DNA from: Camelus dromedarius
Lineage: Eukaryota
Direction: 5' to 3'
Length of the DNA stretch: 64,000 nucleotides
Assembly: GCF_036321535.1 (NCBI RefSeq)
Contig: NC_087436.1
Coordinates: 119,414,001-119,478,000, forward strand
In this document: piece after piece, positions 1 through 11,357 of the stretch
Layout: each line of letters starts with the position of its first letter
How positions within the stretch are numbered: the first letter of the stretch is position 1
The notes under the pieces: model-generated
Database searches by the model: none
Told to the model about the DNA's origin: nothing
What the model saw: the letters and a program-made list of their open reading frames with translations, nothing else
Translations under genes and position numbers: made by a program

Positions 1-3000
1 GTGGTGGGCAGCTGCTTATGCCAAGCAATCTTTTTCTAATCCCCATGAAGTATATAATTGTAAGGGGTCCAGACTGAGTGAGGATGCCTGGTGAGTGTCC
101 ACGCCTCAGTGTCCTCACATGTAAGCGGAGATCACAGCGGGTTGCTTGTGAAGGCGAAACTGCAGCCGCCCAGGCGCTAGGGAGCGGGCCGGTGAGACTC
201 AGCCCTGCTCTCCTGCAGGCTGCCCCTGGCTTCCTCCTCTCCCCTCCCACCCCTCCACCCAGGGCAGCAAAGCCCTTGCCTCTGTGTCAGGCCCTGCAGA
301 GGCCTGCACAGCTGGGTGCTGACCATGGTCACATGGCCGGCTCACCCCTACCCTCTCACCCTAACGTGACATCACAGCATCCCTCCCGGTGGGGCCAGCG
401 CAGCAGCAGAACCCAGTACGCCCACCGGAGCCGAGCCAAGGTGGCAGGACGGCCCTGGCCCTGCGGCAAAGGGGCTCCTGGGGCCTGGCTGCCACTGGTC
501 TTCCGGGGCGGCGCGGGGGGCAGGCACGCGGCCTACTGCAGCTCAGACACTGGGCCAGCCACTTCATGTCACAGTCCAGGGGACCACTCAGGGCCCCAGA
601 GCTGGGGAGGCCTGTTTGAGGGGGGAACAAAATAGGCCCTACCCTCTGGCCTGCCACCCCAACAGGCCCTGGCTTCCCAGAGCCCCAGCCTGCAGTCACA
701 GATGAGGACGTTGGCCCTCAGCTTCCAGACTGAGGAGGGGTAAGCGCACTGGACGCTGAGCCTCTTGAAGCAAGGCGGCCGGCCTGCTAAGAGCGGGGGC
801 CATTCCTCCCCCTTTCTTCTTATGCACCTGAGAAGGTGCCAAGTGCCTGTGGCCAGTGCTGTGACCCTGAGCCAGTCGCTCTCTTCCTGACTGGAACAAG
901 GTCACCACTGGGGCCCTCCCAGGGCCAGGCCAGGCCAACTAGGGACAGGCAGGTAGAGTTGCCACCACCGGTCTGAGCGCACCTCGCCCTCCCCTCCCAG
1001 GTGCTTGTCTGTTCCCACGCGGCTCAGTGTCCTGGGGGCCGTGGAGGAGGCCAGGGCAGGCTGCCCACACCAGGGGCCCCTGCTCTGACCCAGCTGCCTC
1101 CACCCCGTGCCCACCCCCCCGGGGCCCTCGCAGCACCCGGGGGTGTCATCCCCGCTCTCTGAAAGCCCGGGAGGCCTGGCCGGGGGCACCGCCAGCCAGC
1201 GAGTGAGGATCTGCTGTCACTCCCAGGTCGGCTGTCCACCTTCACACCCCCAGGCCCTGCCCCTCCCCTATCAGACCGCTGGGCAGAGGGAAGGGCCTGG
1301 GAGGAACCCGAACCAACTACAGGCACACGGGTTCTGGGAGCCTGGCCAGGGGCACCTCCTGGCGTCCTGCTCAAGACACGATTCCTGCTGGTCTCACGTG
1401 TCACCCATGACCACGGCCACCTCCACACCCCGCAAGCCACAAGCCCATGGTCGCAGGAGCCGGCTTCCCCACTGGGCTGCCTGACGTGCTGGGGGCTTGC
1501 CTGTGCTCGGCCTCAGTCCAGTCCGTGGTGATCACAGACCCCGAAACTGCTCAGGGAGGCCAGGGACACTTCCAGGTGACAAACTCACAGTGGCAGACCC
1601 TGGCACTTAGCAATAGCGCTGCACTGTGTTGGTCACCACCCCCTACCCCCCACACTCACCTGTGCCTGTCTCAATGCCCCAGCCTTGGGAGCCTAAATTT
1701 ACCCGGCATTCAGTCCCGCTGCAAACCCCTCCCCCCACCCCAAGTAAGGCCCTACCGGGGCTGCTGGGGGAGCCTGGCCTCTCTTCTAAAAGCAGGTATT
1801 TGTAGGCTCTCAGACGGTCCTTCTGGGCTCCTCACCCCCACCCCCACACCTTCCTCCCACCTGAGCCTCCCCTTCCCGAGCTGGGGAGGAAGTGGAGAGG
1901 CCTGAGACTCTGGGTGATGTCCTCCCACTGAATTCAGGGCCACTCAAAACCTCTTCTCCCAGGCTCCGCAGCATCATGCTGGGAGGGCGCTTTGTAACCT
2001 GGGTGAGGCTGCTGAGCAGTGGAGCCTTGTTGCCTACGCCCAGACCTTCCTGAGTTGTCACGCGGAAATGGGGACAGCAGGCTGGGATCTTTTGGGGCCA
2101 GTGTGTCTCCATGTTGGTCTTAAGCTACTAATTAGTGGGGAAAAAAACCGTCTCTGGGCCTTGATTGTAGAACTAGGGTTTAGAAACATTCATGCACTCA
2201 TTCAACAAACGTGCATCGAGAGCCTACTACATGCCAGGCCCTAAATCTGATGCTGGTCGTACATTTTCTCTTTCTAAGTTGGCGAGCCTTCCTCGGCCCT
2301 AGTTCTGGCGACGGAGATGTCAGTTTCCTCTTTCATCCCTGCTAGATAAACTTCAGAGGGTCTCTCCAACCCGCCTGAGCGCCAACCATCGGAAACCTTC
2401 TGCAGTTTGAAGGAGAGGGGTGAAGCTCCTCTTCGTTAGAAGGCTCTTCCTTGTCTTACCCCCACATTTCCCTGCCTGACAGTCCCTAGCCCCACCCTGC
2501 TCAGGGACCTCAGAAGTCGGCAGGCTTGGAGGGCAGGGTGTGGAGGCCCACCTCTGCCCTGAACATCTGGGCGGCCTTGCCATGACCACGTGGTGTCCCT
2601 GGGCAGGGCAGGGGGAGGAAGGAGGCATGCATGCGGCCCTTCCTGGGGAATGAGCTACACATTCATCTGGAAGAAACATACGATGGTCTGTTTCTACCCA
2701 ATGACTCTGCAGAGGGGCTACTGACGTTTCCTTGTTGGCAATGAACCAGTGCCGGGGCACGGCCTCGCTGGGACCGGGAGGCCCAGCAGAGTGTGCGGTG
2801 GAGATTTCCACCTCCCCTTCTGGGGCCAACCGTCTCCCTGCCAGAGGGAGGGCACTGTGTCGGGCAGTGGGAAGAACCTGGGGTGGGGCCAGACTCCCTG
2901 GCTCTTAATGAGTCCTGACCCCCTCAGTGTGGCCATTCACCCTCTCTCAGCCTCAGTTTTCTCAGATGAAAAATTGGAAAGTTGAAACCCACTTCCTGGG

Positions 3001-3129
3001 ATTAAAAGGAATAACTTGCCTGCACAGATGGGTGCTGGACGGGTGCTAATTCCTTCATTAGTGCCCACCAGAGTCAACTGGTCACGCTATACCAGAAACC
3101 TCCTGTTAGTTCATCAGAATCTGACTTTG

Positions 3130-3595
3130 GTGTCAAAATTCTATGAGACAAACAACCCAGTGTCATCAACAAATACATGACCTAGGAAAAACCAACCAAC
3201 CAATCAACCAAGGGAGAACTACTTCAGATTAAAAGAGACCCGTCTACCAAGTGCAGTGTGTCAACTTTGGGACCTGATTAACAAACTCTAAAAAGGCATT
3301 TTTAAAGATAACTGGGGAAGTGTGAAAGATTGAGGAATTACTGTTAACTTTATTAGGTACCTGACAGTTATGATTATGCCTCAAAAAAAAAAAAAGACTT
3401 TCTACTAGAGATGTGTGTGAAACATGGGATCTCATGTGTCTAAGATACACACTCAGTGCATCCAGGAAAAAAACAAGAATGCGGGGAGGGAGTAAGAAGA
3501 GGAGACGGTGAATCAGGGTAGAGATGGGCACGTGGGGGTTCATCATACTGTTCAGCCTACTTTGCATATGTTTGAAATTTTCCACAATAAAAATG
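3130..3595 (+). mobile_element. Ancient L1 (L1MC-like) 3' end
   Basis: Ends in ...gggggttcatcatactgttcagcctactttgcatatgtttgaaattttccacaataaaa, typical of L1MC4/5-type 3' termini. Confidence 0.7.
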
Positions 3596-4179
3596 GCTCT
3601 CAAGATTTTTAAAAATAAGTTCAACGTGGAAAGAGTTGGCGTTTTGGTCTGCAGTGGAACCTAATTCTGAAGAGTCCGGCTGGATCCGAAGAAGGAGTAG
3701 CAGCAGACATGGGGGCTCCCTCTCTGCCTCTCTGCCGGGCCCAGGGCAGGAGGCAGAGACAGAAGTTCCGGTGGTTCTGCACGTCCAGGGAGCGCTGGCC
3801 TCCCACACAGAGCATCCTGTCTCCTCGAGGAGTGGACCGCTGAACTCACACTGTCTGGACTAGGAGGGTCCACCATCAGCACTTTCAAGTAAAAATACTG
3901 CTGCTTTAGGATGCAGTGTAAAATCAGGGTCCATGCCCCCTCCACCAGTTGCCTGAAGCCTTGCTGGGGGCTGAAGTCATGGAGAGGAGGGAGCCTTCTG
4001 CGTTTTTGGACCCCAGGCCGCCTACCAGGCACCTGGGTGCCTGGGGAGCAGCATCTGCAGTCTCCACAGATCTGCGCAGACTTCCTCTTGCCACTGGACC
4101 CTCCTTTGCCTATGCCTGCATACATCCCTGGGGATGTGGTTTAACTTCATAAATGGCTTCCTCCTGGCCTCTCAAAGCT

Positions 4180-4630
4180 ATTTTCAAGGCACCAAGCCAT
4201 TCTTGGCACTGCAGACAGTACGATCTTTGCAAAATGCAAATCTGATCTCATCCCCTCACTTTTACCCCAGTCTCGGCTCCAGCCTTGCCGGTGGGTCTTC
4301 CCCACACCACAGGGCCTTTGCACATGCCATTTTGGCTGCTGGGCGCTCTTTCCTGCCCCCTTCCCCTAACTAACTCCCATCAGCCTTCAGGTCTCAGCCT
4401 TCCAGATCAGGTCAACTCCTCCCACCCCAGGGCATGTTTTTGTGACACATGTCACAGTTGCGGAACCTCTACTTTGTGTCACTGATCACTGTCTTCCTTC
4501 CCCCTAAAACCACAGGCTTCTCGAAGACTGGCGCTGAGCTGGCATCTGTCCCCCACAAGCCCAGCCCCTCGCACGTGCCCCTTGCACTGAGGGTGGCTGT
4601 CGGGAGGGTGTGTGAATGGTGAATGTGACC
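4180..4630 (+). mobile_element. L2 3' fragment
   Basis: cagggcctttgcacatgccatt...ctcccatcagccttcaggtctcagc...gtgaatggtgaatg, a degraded L2 3' end. Confidence 0.6.
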
Positions 4631-5053
4631 TTCCTGCACACCTGTCATTCTGCTCCCCTGCACCACTTATTTTAGTAAAGAATCTTTTATCTGCTTATCA
4701 AGATAAGATGATTGTAGAAATTTGGAAAATTAACAAAAATCACAAAGCACATATGGTAAAATCCCACTACAAGCTAACTTCTGTGGGCATTTTTAATCAT
4801 TGTCAGTGTCATTCCTTGTTTGATCTTACACGCAGCCCTTCTCATGGAAGGTCACAGTAAGCACCTCCTCACACCAGGATGATGTCCTAATACCTCCCAC
4901 TAGAGGGGCAGCCCCCCCTCCCTGGATGCTCCAGTCTTCCTAACTGGAGCTCTGGAACCACTGTCATTTACACAAAAGCAAATGATTTACCCACTGTCTC
5001 AGACAGATGGGCAGGCTTCCAGGAGAAGCAGCACCCTTGAGAAACTTCATTTT

Positions 5054-5461
5054 CTCTCTTTCTTTTTCTCTTTCTTTCTTTCTTTCATTGAAGTTTACAA
5101 TGTTGTTTTAGTCTCTGGTGTACAGCATCGTGATTCAGTGATGCATATATGTGTGTATATAGATTCTTTTTCATTATGGGTTACTCCAAGCTATTGAATA
5201 CAATTCCCTGTGCTGTACAGTATGACCTTGTTTATTTTATACTGGTAATCGTAAAGGCTCAAACACATTCGAAAAAATAAGACAAAAATAATCTACATTT
5301 TCTTACTCCTCTCCCCACATTTTACAATTCACATGTCCTCTTTTACGTCTTCATGTGTATTATTCTTTTGCTGTTCATTGTAGTTATCACATTTCCAATT
5401 GAGATTTGCTTTTTTTCGGTAGATTCTTGCTTCTTTTCTATTTAGAGAGGAACTCTCCATG
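5054..5461 (-). mobile_element. L1-derived insertion (3' end fused to an internal L1 segment) with a 15-bp TSD
   Basis: T-rich tail plus L1 3'-end motif (gaagtttacaatgttgttttagtctctggtgtacagc). Flanked by GAGAAACTTCATTTT (5039-5053) and GAGAAACTTCACTTT (5462-5476). Confidence 0.75.
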
Positions 5462-6604
5462 GAGAAACTTCACTTTTTGCTGTGGAGGGGAGGGTGGGTC
5501 ACAGCACAGAAGGGGTCTTATTAGACATTACCTGTTGTAAGGCTGTGCCCAGCCATGGTGGGTCCCCGGTGGGAGAGGAAAAGGATGTCTTGACTCCCTT
5601 TACCCTGTAACCCTCTCCTCCTTGGGCCTCAGTTTCTCCATCTGGAGAACAAAGTGTTGGGCTGTGATATTGGCTGGTGAGAAATAGAAATTAAGAAACT
5701 ACAACCGCTCTGCTGATTGACATGGAGCAGCCAGTACCCACCAGGCACCTGCCCACCCCGCCGGCTACTCCCTGCTCCCTGTTCTCTGCTGCACTTGACT
5801 TCCATAGGGTCCCATGAGGGAGGGAACATTTTTTAAGCTCTGCTTCAGTGATGCAGAAAACTGCAGCTCTCAGAGGGCACTTACACCGTTACTAAGCAGC
5901 AGAGTAGGACCAGATGCAGGGCCACCTGACTCGAAAGCTCAGACTTCTAGTCACAGAGAACAGGGTGCAGGACAAGAAGACAAAGGAAAAGCTCGAGCGG
6001 CTCTCACGCCCGCGGTCCTCTCTGGAAGGTGGGATTGCGGGCGCTATGTGCTTCCTTCTGTGGGCACATCTGCCTTTGCCAAATTGCCCACGATGGTTAT
6101 GAATTTTTCTTACATGGAGAAAAAGTAAAATATCTTTTCCCACCTTTCTCTCTTCCATTAACTGAGAAGGGATCGTTTCTGAATCACTTCACGGTCCTTA
6201 GCTTTTACCACACAACCAGGCAGGCGCACACAGATGATTTGGTAAATATTTGAGTCATGATAAGGATCAATTTTTTTTAATCCATTAAAAAGTACCTAGG
6301 GCAAAAATCACACCCCCAGGCTGTTGCAAAGCAGGTGCCCAGCCTGCGTGGGTCCTTGACCCATCAGGAGCCACCAGGAAGTTACCGGTGATGACCGCTC
6401 AGAGGCTGGTGAAGATAGTTTACGTCTCTTCTGCAAACAGAAGGCTAGACTTTTCCTCTAATATTTTAAATGCACAGAAATGCAGGTGCTCATCCCTGTA
6501 CATCTGAAGTCATCCTTGTGAAGTTCCAGCCTGTCTCATTCCACACGCATGTGACCGCTGTTCGTGCTGCACACGCTGTGTCTCGGGTAAACCCCACAAC
6601 TCTT

Positions 6605-7314
6605 TTTTTTGTTTGTTTTTAATTGAAGTACAGTTGATTTACAATGTTGTGTTAGTTTCTGGTGTATAGCACAGTGATTCAGTTATACGTACATATATTC
6701 TTTTTCATTATAGGTTATTATAAGCCTTCAAATTTAGTTCCCTGTGCTATACAATAGGACCATGTTTATTTTATACATAGTAGTTTGTATATGCAAATCC
6801 CAAACTCCCAAATTATCCCTCCACCCTCCCCTTCCCTCAGTAACCATAGTTTGTTTTCTATGTCTGTGAGTCTTTTTCTGTTTTGTAAGTAAGTTCATTG
6901 TCCTATTTGTTCATTGTCTCTAACTTACTTCACTCAGTGTGATGATCTCTAGTGTCCATCCATGTTGCTGCTGCAAATGGCATTATTTCATTCTTTTTAA
7001 TGGTTGAGTAATATTCCATTGTGTATTTATACCACATCTTCTTTATATAGTCATCTGTCAATGGACATTTAGGTTGCTCCCATGTCTTGGCTGTTGTAAA
7101 TAGTGCTGCTATGAACATTGGTGTGCATGTATCTTTTGAATTAGAGTTTTCCCTGAATATATGCCCGGGAGTGGGATTGCTGGATCATATGGTAAATCTA
7201 TTTTTAGTTTTTTTTAAGGAATCTCCATACTGTTCTCCATAGTGGCTGCACCAATTTACATTCTCAACAACAGTGTAGGAGGGTTCCCTCTCCTCACCCT
7301 CTCCAGCATTTATC
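6605..7314 (-). mobile_element. 5'-truncated L1 (ORF2 C-terminus + 3' UTR) with TSD
   Basis: Minus-strand peptide MFIAALFTTAKTWEQPKCPLTDDYIKKMWY...KKNEIMPFAA is the L1 ORF2 C-terminus. Poly-T tail at 6603; CCCCACAACTCTT at 6592-6604 and 7320-7332. Confidence 0.93.
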
Positions 7315-8559
7315 AAAACCCCCACAACTCTTGATGTGCCCATTTTACAGGTGAGGAGGCTGAAGCTCAGGCATGATAAATACACCACCCCCATCGTCAC
7401 TCAGGTGCAGTGAGCAGCACAGCTGGGGTGGGGTCCCTGGTCTGAGCCTGGGCCTCTTCCCTGACCCCACGTGGTCCTGCTGCTTAGGCCTCTGGAGAGG
7501 CTCAGGGGGGCTTCTTGGGCTCCTCTTATGTCTTCAAAGCAGACATCTGCTGGGGGCCTTGATGGGGAGCCGAGAGAAGCTCTGTGTCCCCCAGAAGGTG
7601 GGCCCGCCACTCACCTCCTCTGGGTGGTGCCACCCCTGCCCCTTCTCCAGGCAGACCCTCACCTGCCACTCCGTAAGCCCCACCCCTCCCCAGAGACTGC
7701 ATCTCCCCACAGGCTCCTCAAAAAAGGTTAGGTTACAAGAGAAAAAAGCCCACTGGCCAACTCTGTCCCCCAGCCGTGAGCTCACCCTGCACAGGAGGCA
7801 GCGGGCAGCTAGGAGCCATCAGCGTGATTAGCAGACATTTAAGGACAGAGCTGGACCTTGTTTATCTGCTCGCCCCAGTATTAGTTGGCTGTCGGCGCCC
7901 AGCACAAAGGCTGGAGCATGGAGAGTGGGGGCACTAACCTGGGGACTGGTGGGGGGCACTGGCAGGAGGAGGGGCAGGCCTCCTGACCAGTGATGGTCAC
8001 AGGGGAGGAAGGTCTGCAGGCCTGGGGCTCGGGGCTCGTGTGAGGCCCCTCAGGACAGAGACCTGGGAGAGGCTGAGGTCTGTTCCCTCTCTAAAGAGGA
8101 AGGGGCAGGTGCTCCGGAGGGAAAAAAGCAAGAAGGAGCCCTGGGCAGTTTTGTGAGAGCTGGGGACGTCCGCCACTCCAGGTGCAGGATGGAGGAAGGA
8201 CGGCGGGGACTCGGTACCGGGGTATTTAGGAAGCCAATTCCTGCAGCGAGGACGGGGCTGGGGCCAATCGTGCGTGTGTGTATGTGTGCCTGTGTACACG
8301 CTTTGGAAGCTGTTGGTTGGTGGGTAGAGGAAATAGGGGTGGAGGTTTGTCAAGAAGAGGAACATGGGGTACATCAGAGAAGGTTCCTTTAAGACAGGCG
8401 AGACCTAAGGTTGTCTGAGGATGGAAGAGGAAGGGGAGAGGTTGATGTCGCTAAGTCAGGGTGAGCGGATGTGTCAGGAAGAAAGACAGCACATACTAAG
8501 TAGCTCCTCTGTGTGGCATCCGAACCACTCCCCCTGAGGTATGTGGGACACCCCTTCCT

Positions 8560-8670
8560 CTGAAAGAGGAAACCAAGGCTCAGAGAGGTTAAGTAACTCG
8601 CCCAGAGTCACACAGTAAACACTGGAGCTGGGATTCCAGCCCAGACCTGCCTGACCTGCAAGCTCACGTT
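8560..8670 (-). mobile_element. MIR SINE
   Basis: gaggaaaccaaggctcagagaggttaagtaactcgcccagagtcacacag = MIR core, reverse orientation. Confidence 0.85.
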
Positions 8671-10529
8671 CTCTCCTACCACCACTCTCTTCTCAGGGGC
8701 CAGAAAAAGAGGGGTGTCTGAGGGGGAGGCAGCAGGGAAGGAGGGGTGTGGAGTACGTGGTGTGGGCAGGGCCTCACCCCCCACCCCCATGTCAAGTAAG
8801 TCACACACCGTTTGTTATGTCCATCCAGAGCGGGGACTCTGGAGCCCGAGGGCCTGGGCACAAAGCCCACCTGTGGACCTAGCAGCCGTGGGGCCCCGGG
8901 CAGGCAGGTTTCCTGCAAGCGCCTCAGTTCCTCTCTGCGACACGGGTGGCGGCCAGGATGGTGGGAGAGGACACACACGGTGTGGGGCTCAGTGAGGCTG
9001 TGCTATCATTCCCTCCCTGAGCGGGCCCTGGCTGCCCACTGGGGACCTGGGACTGCACAGGGATCCTACAAGGCACTAAGGCATCTGGGAGGTGTCCCAG
9101 GGCTGCCGGGCCAGCAGGGCCTTGGGGTAGGGGTGGGGGTCAGAGTCGGGAGGCTGTTCTGGAGTGGCCTTCTGAGCCACACACTGAAGGGGACTAGGAT
9201 GTAAAGGAGGAAAGGAGTCCCGGAGTTCCAGGCAGAGGGCAGAGCAGGTGCAAAGGCATGGATGTGAGAGGTCGAGGGGCTTTGGGGCGCCTCCAGGCGG
9301 CTCTGGGAGCTGGCAGAGCCCTCAGGCCTGAGACAGAGCCTCACCCATGGAGGGGGCAGGGCGTTCCCTGCAGGGTCAGCCGGTATGGGAAGGAATGTGC
9401 CCCCTGCCCTCTCTGCCCCCTGCCCCCTCCTCACGGGGCTCCCACGTGCGACCTGACCCCGCAGCTTCTAAACTGGGCTTTGCTCTTTGATGGTGGCAGC
9501 AGCAGCAGGCTACTGGGTGATCCCTTTAAAAAAAACAAGGCTATTTGGAAAATTCCACTGTGGTGTGCAGGAACTCGGAGCCCCACCCCCAAGTGCTTTC
9601 TGTGGTTTCTTGGTACCTAGAACCTTAAGACCTCCAGCCCCGGACGCTTCTTAAGCATTGGTGAGCCGCAGGCCCCAGGGGTCCCCTGCCTCCCCAGCCC
9701 CAGGCCATGGGTTCCATTCTTCGGAGGGTCTATTGGTTTCATTATAACTTACTTCTTCCGATTAATTACATGGGATGCTCTGAGAATTAGTGACCTTTGA
9801 TCTGGGGTCAGACCCATCTGGATTCAAATGTCCCCAGTAAAATGGGGCAACAGCACCGCACAATGGGGCTGCTGTGGCGGCTAGAGATGCTATTACAGAC
9901 TGTGGGCCACACAGACCGCAGTCACAGGGCTCTGTTGTCAGCACGCCCATGACAGCAAGCCACTGTGCGCTGATTACCTAACCCCTTGGAGCACGAGTGT
10001 TCCCATCTGCAAAATGGGAACAGGATTTGTCTTGCTTTGGTGGGAAGGGCAAGGGTGCAGAGGTCTCATCCCATGGCCCCAGGTTACGGTGCTTTCTGAA
10101 GTCTGTGGCTTACCCATCATGATGTCAGCATCTTAACACATCTCATAAATAGAGCATATGTCCGTTGTGGGAAATCTAACAATTTCAAAATACCTAATCA
10201 GAAGACATTCTGTGTGTTTTGATATCATTTCAGTGTTTCTTCCTGTTTATTTTTGTGCATAATGCAGAGTACATTTTCTTTGATTATACTTTATTTAAAA
10301 CTTAGTATCACTCATAACTTAAGCATCTCTTTGCTATAATAAACCACTTGAAGATTTGTGGCTGCATATAAGTCTCTCTGTTTAGCTAACCTTCCCCCAT
10401 GGTTGGACAGCTACATCGTATCCATTTCACTGTTGTAAGTTAACACTGTGGTGAGCATCTTTTTGCAGCGGTCTTTGCCTGAATTTTGTGGTAATTTTAT
10501 AAGGATAGCTCCTTGCCAGTGTACTTTTA

Positions 10530-10672
10530 AAAACATTTTTAAATAAAAAAATTTTTTGAGGGGGGAGGTAATTAGGCTTATTTATTTATTTCTTTTAATG
10601 GAGGTACTGGAGATGGAACCTAGGACCTAGTGCATGCTAAGCGTGTGCTCTACCACTCACTCTATACACCCC
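10530..10672 (-). mobile_element. Vic-1-type camelid tRNA-derived SINE
   Basis: gggggaggtaattaggcttatttatttatt...tggaggtactgggagatggaacctaggacctagtgcatgctaagcgtgtgctctaccact...ctatac. Flanking AG(T/C)GTACTTTTA at 10518-10529 and 10685-10696. Confidence 0.88.
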
Positions 10673-10950
10673 TCTCGTTGCCCTAGCGTACTTTTAGACT
10701 AAAGGGATTCAGTGTGTTATAACTTTCTCTTTGGCTGGAACCACACCTTCTCCCTTTTATAAACGTGCTACTGCTAAGAGTTCCGCCTCCTTGAATTCAC
10801 CGGTGGTAGTCTACCGCAGGTAGGAAGCAGGTGGCTGCACTGAGTGCGATCGAGCTGATGACCTGGCGTGCGGGTCTCATGCTGTTTCTTGCAGCAAAAC
10901 GCAGGGGTTCATGGTGGCTGCTCTAGTTATCACAACACTTTTCTGTCTCC

Positions 10951-11357
10951 ATCTTTCCTTCTTCTTTTTTTGTATATATATTTTTATTGAAGTATAGTCA
11001 GTTTACAATGTTGTGTCAACTTCTGGTGTACTGCACAGTGCTTCAGTCACACATGAACACACGCATATGTGTTTTCATATGCTTTTTCACCATTTCACTA
11101 TAAGATATTGCATATAGTTCCCTGTGCGTTATAGTATAAACTTGTTTATTTTATATATATTATATTAGTTAGTATCTGCAAATCTTGAACCCCAGTTTAT
11201 CCCTTCCCACCTGCTTCCCCCCCAGTAACCATAAGTTTGTTTTCTATCTCTGTGTGTCTGTTTCTGTTTTCTAAATTAGTTCATTTGTCTATTTTTTTTT
11301 TTTTTTAGATTCCACATGTAAGTGGTATCACATGGTATTTTTCTTTCTCTTTCTGGC
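10951..11357 (-). mobile_element. L1 3' UTR fragment
   Basis: ttgaagtatagtcagtttacaatgttgtgtcaacttctggtgta...ttagattccacatgtaagtggtatcacatggtattt. Possible degenerate TSD CACTTTTCTGTCTCC (10936) / CACGTTTCTGTCTTC (11358). Confidence 0.88.

Noticed and set aside
78..2985. Many long overlapping ORFs in the GC-rich first 3 kb
   Set aside because: Pro/Gly/Arg-rich translations in all frames, no recognisable domain and no consistent exon chain; expected in GC-rich DNA. The exon-like piece near 1520-1600 looks MIR-derived.
4897..4912. CTCF-like CCACTAGAGGGGCAG (similar near 21215 and 61915)
   Set aside because: Each has an extra or missing G in the core, which breaks the consensus spacing.
5914..6102. 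Protein-looking 62-aa ORF MQGHLTRKLRLLVTENRVQDKK...
   Set aside because: Starts in a MIR-like remnant and ends in an L1ME-like 3' end; no known family.
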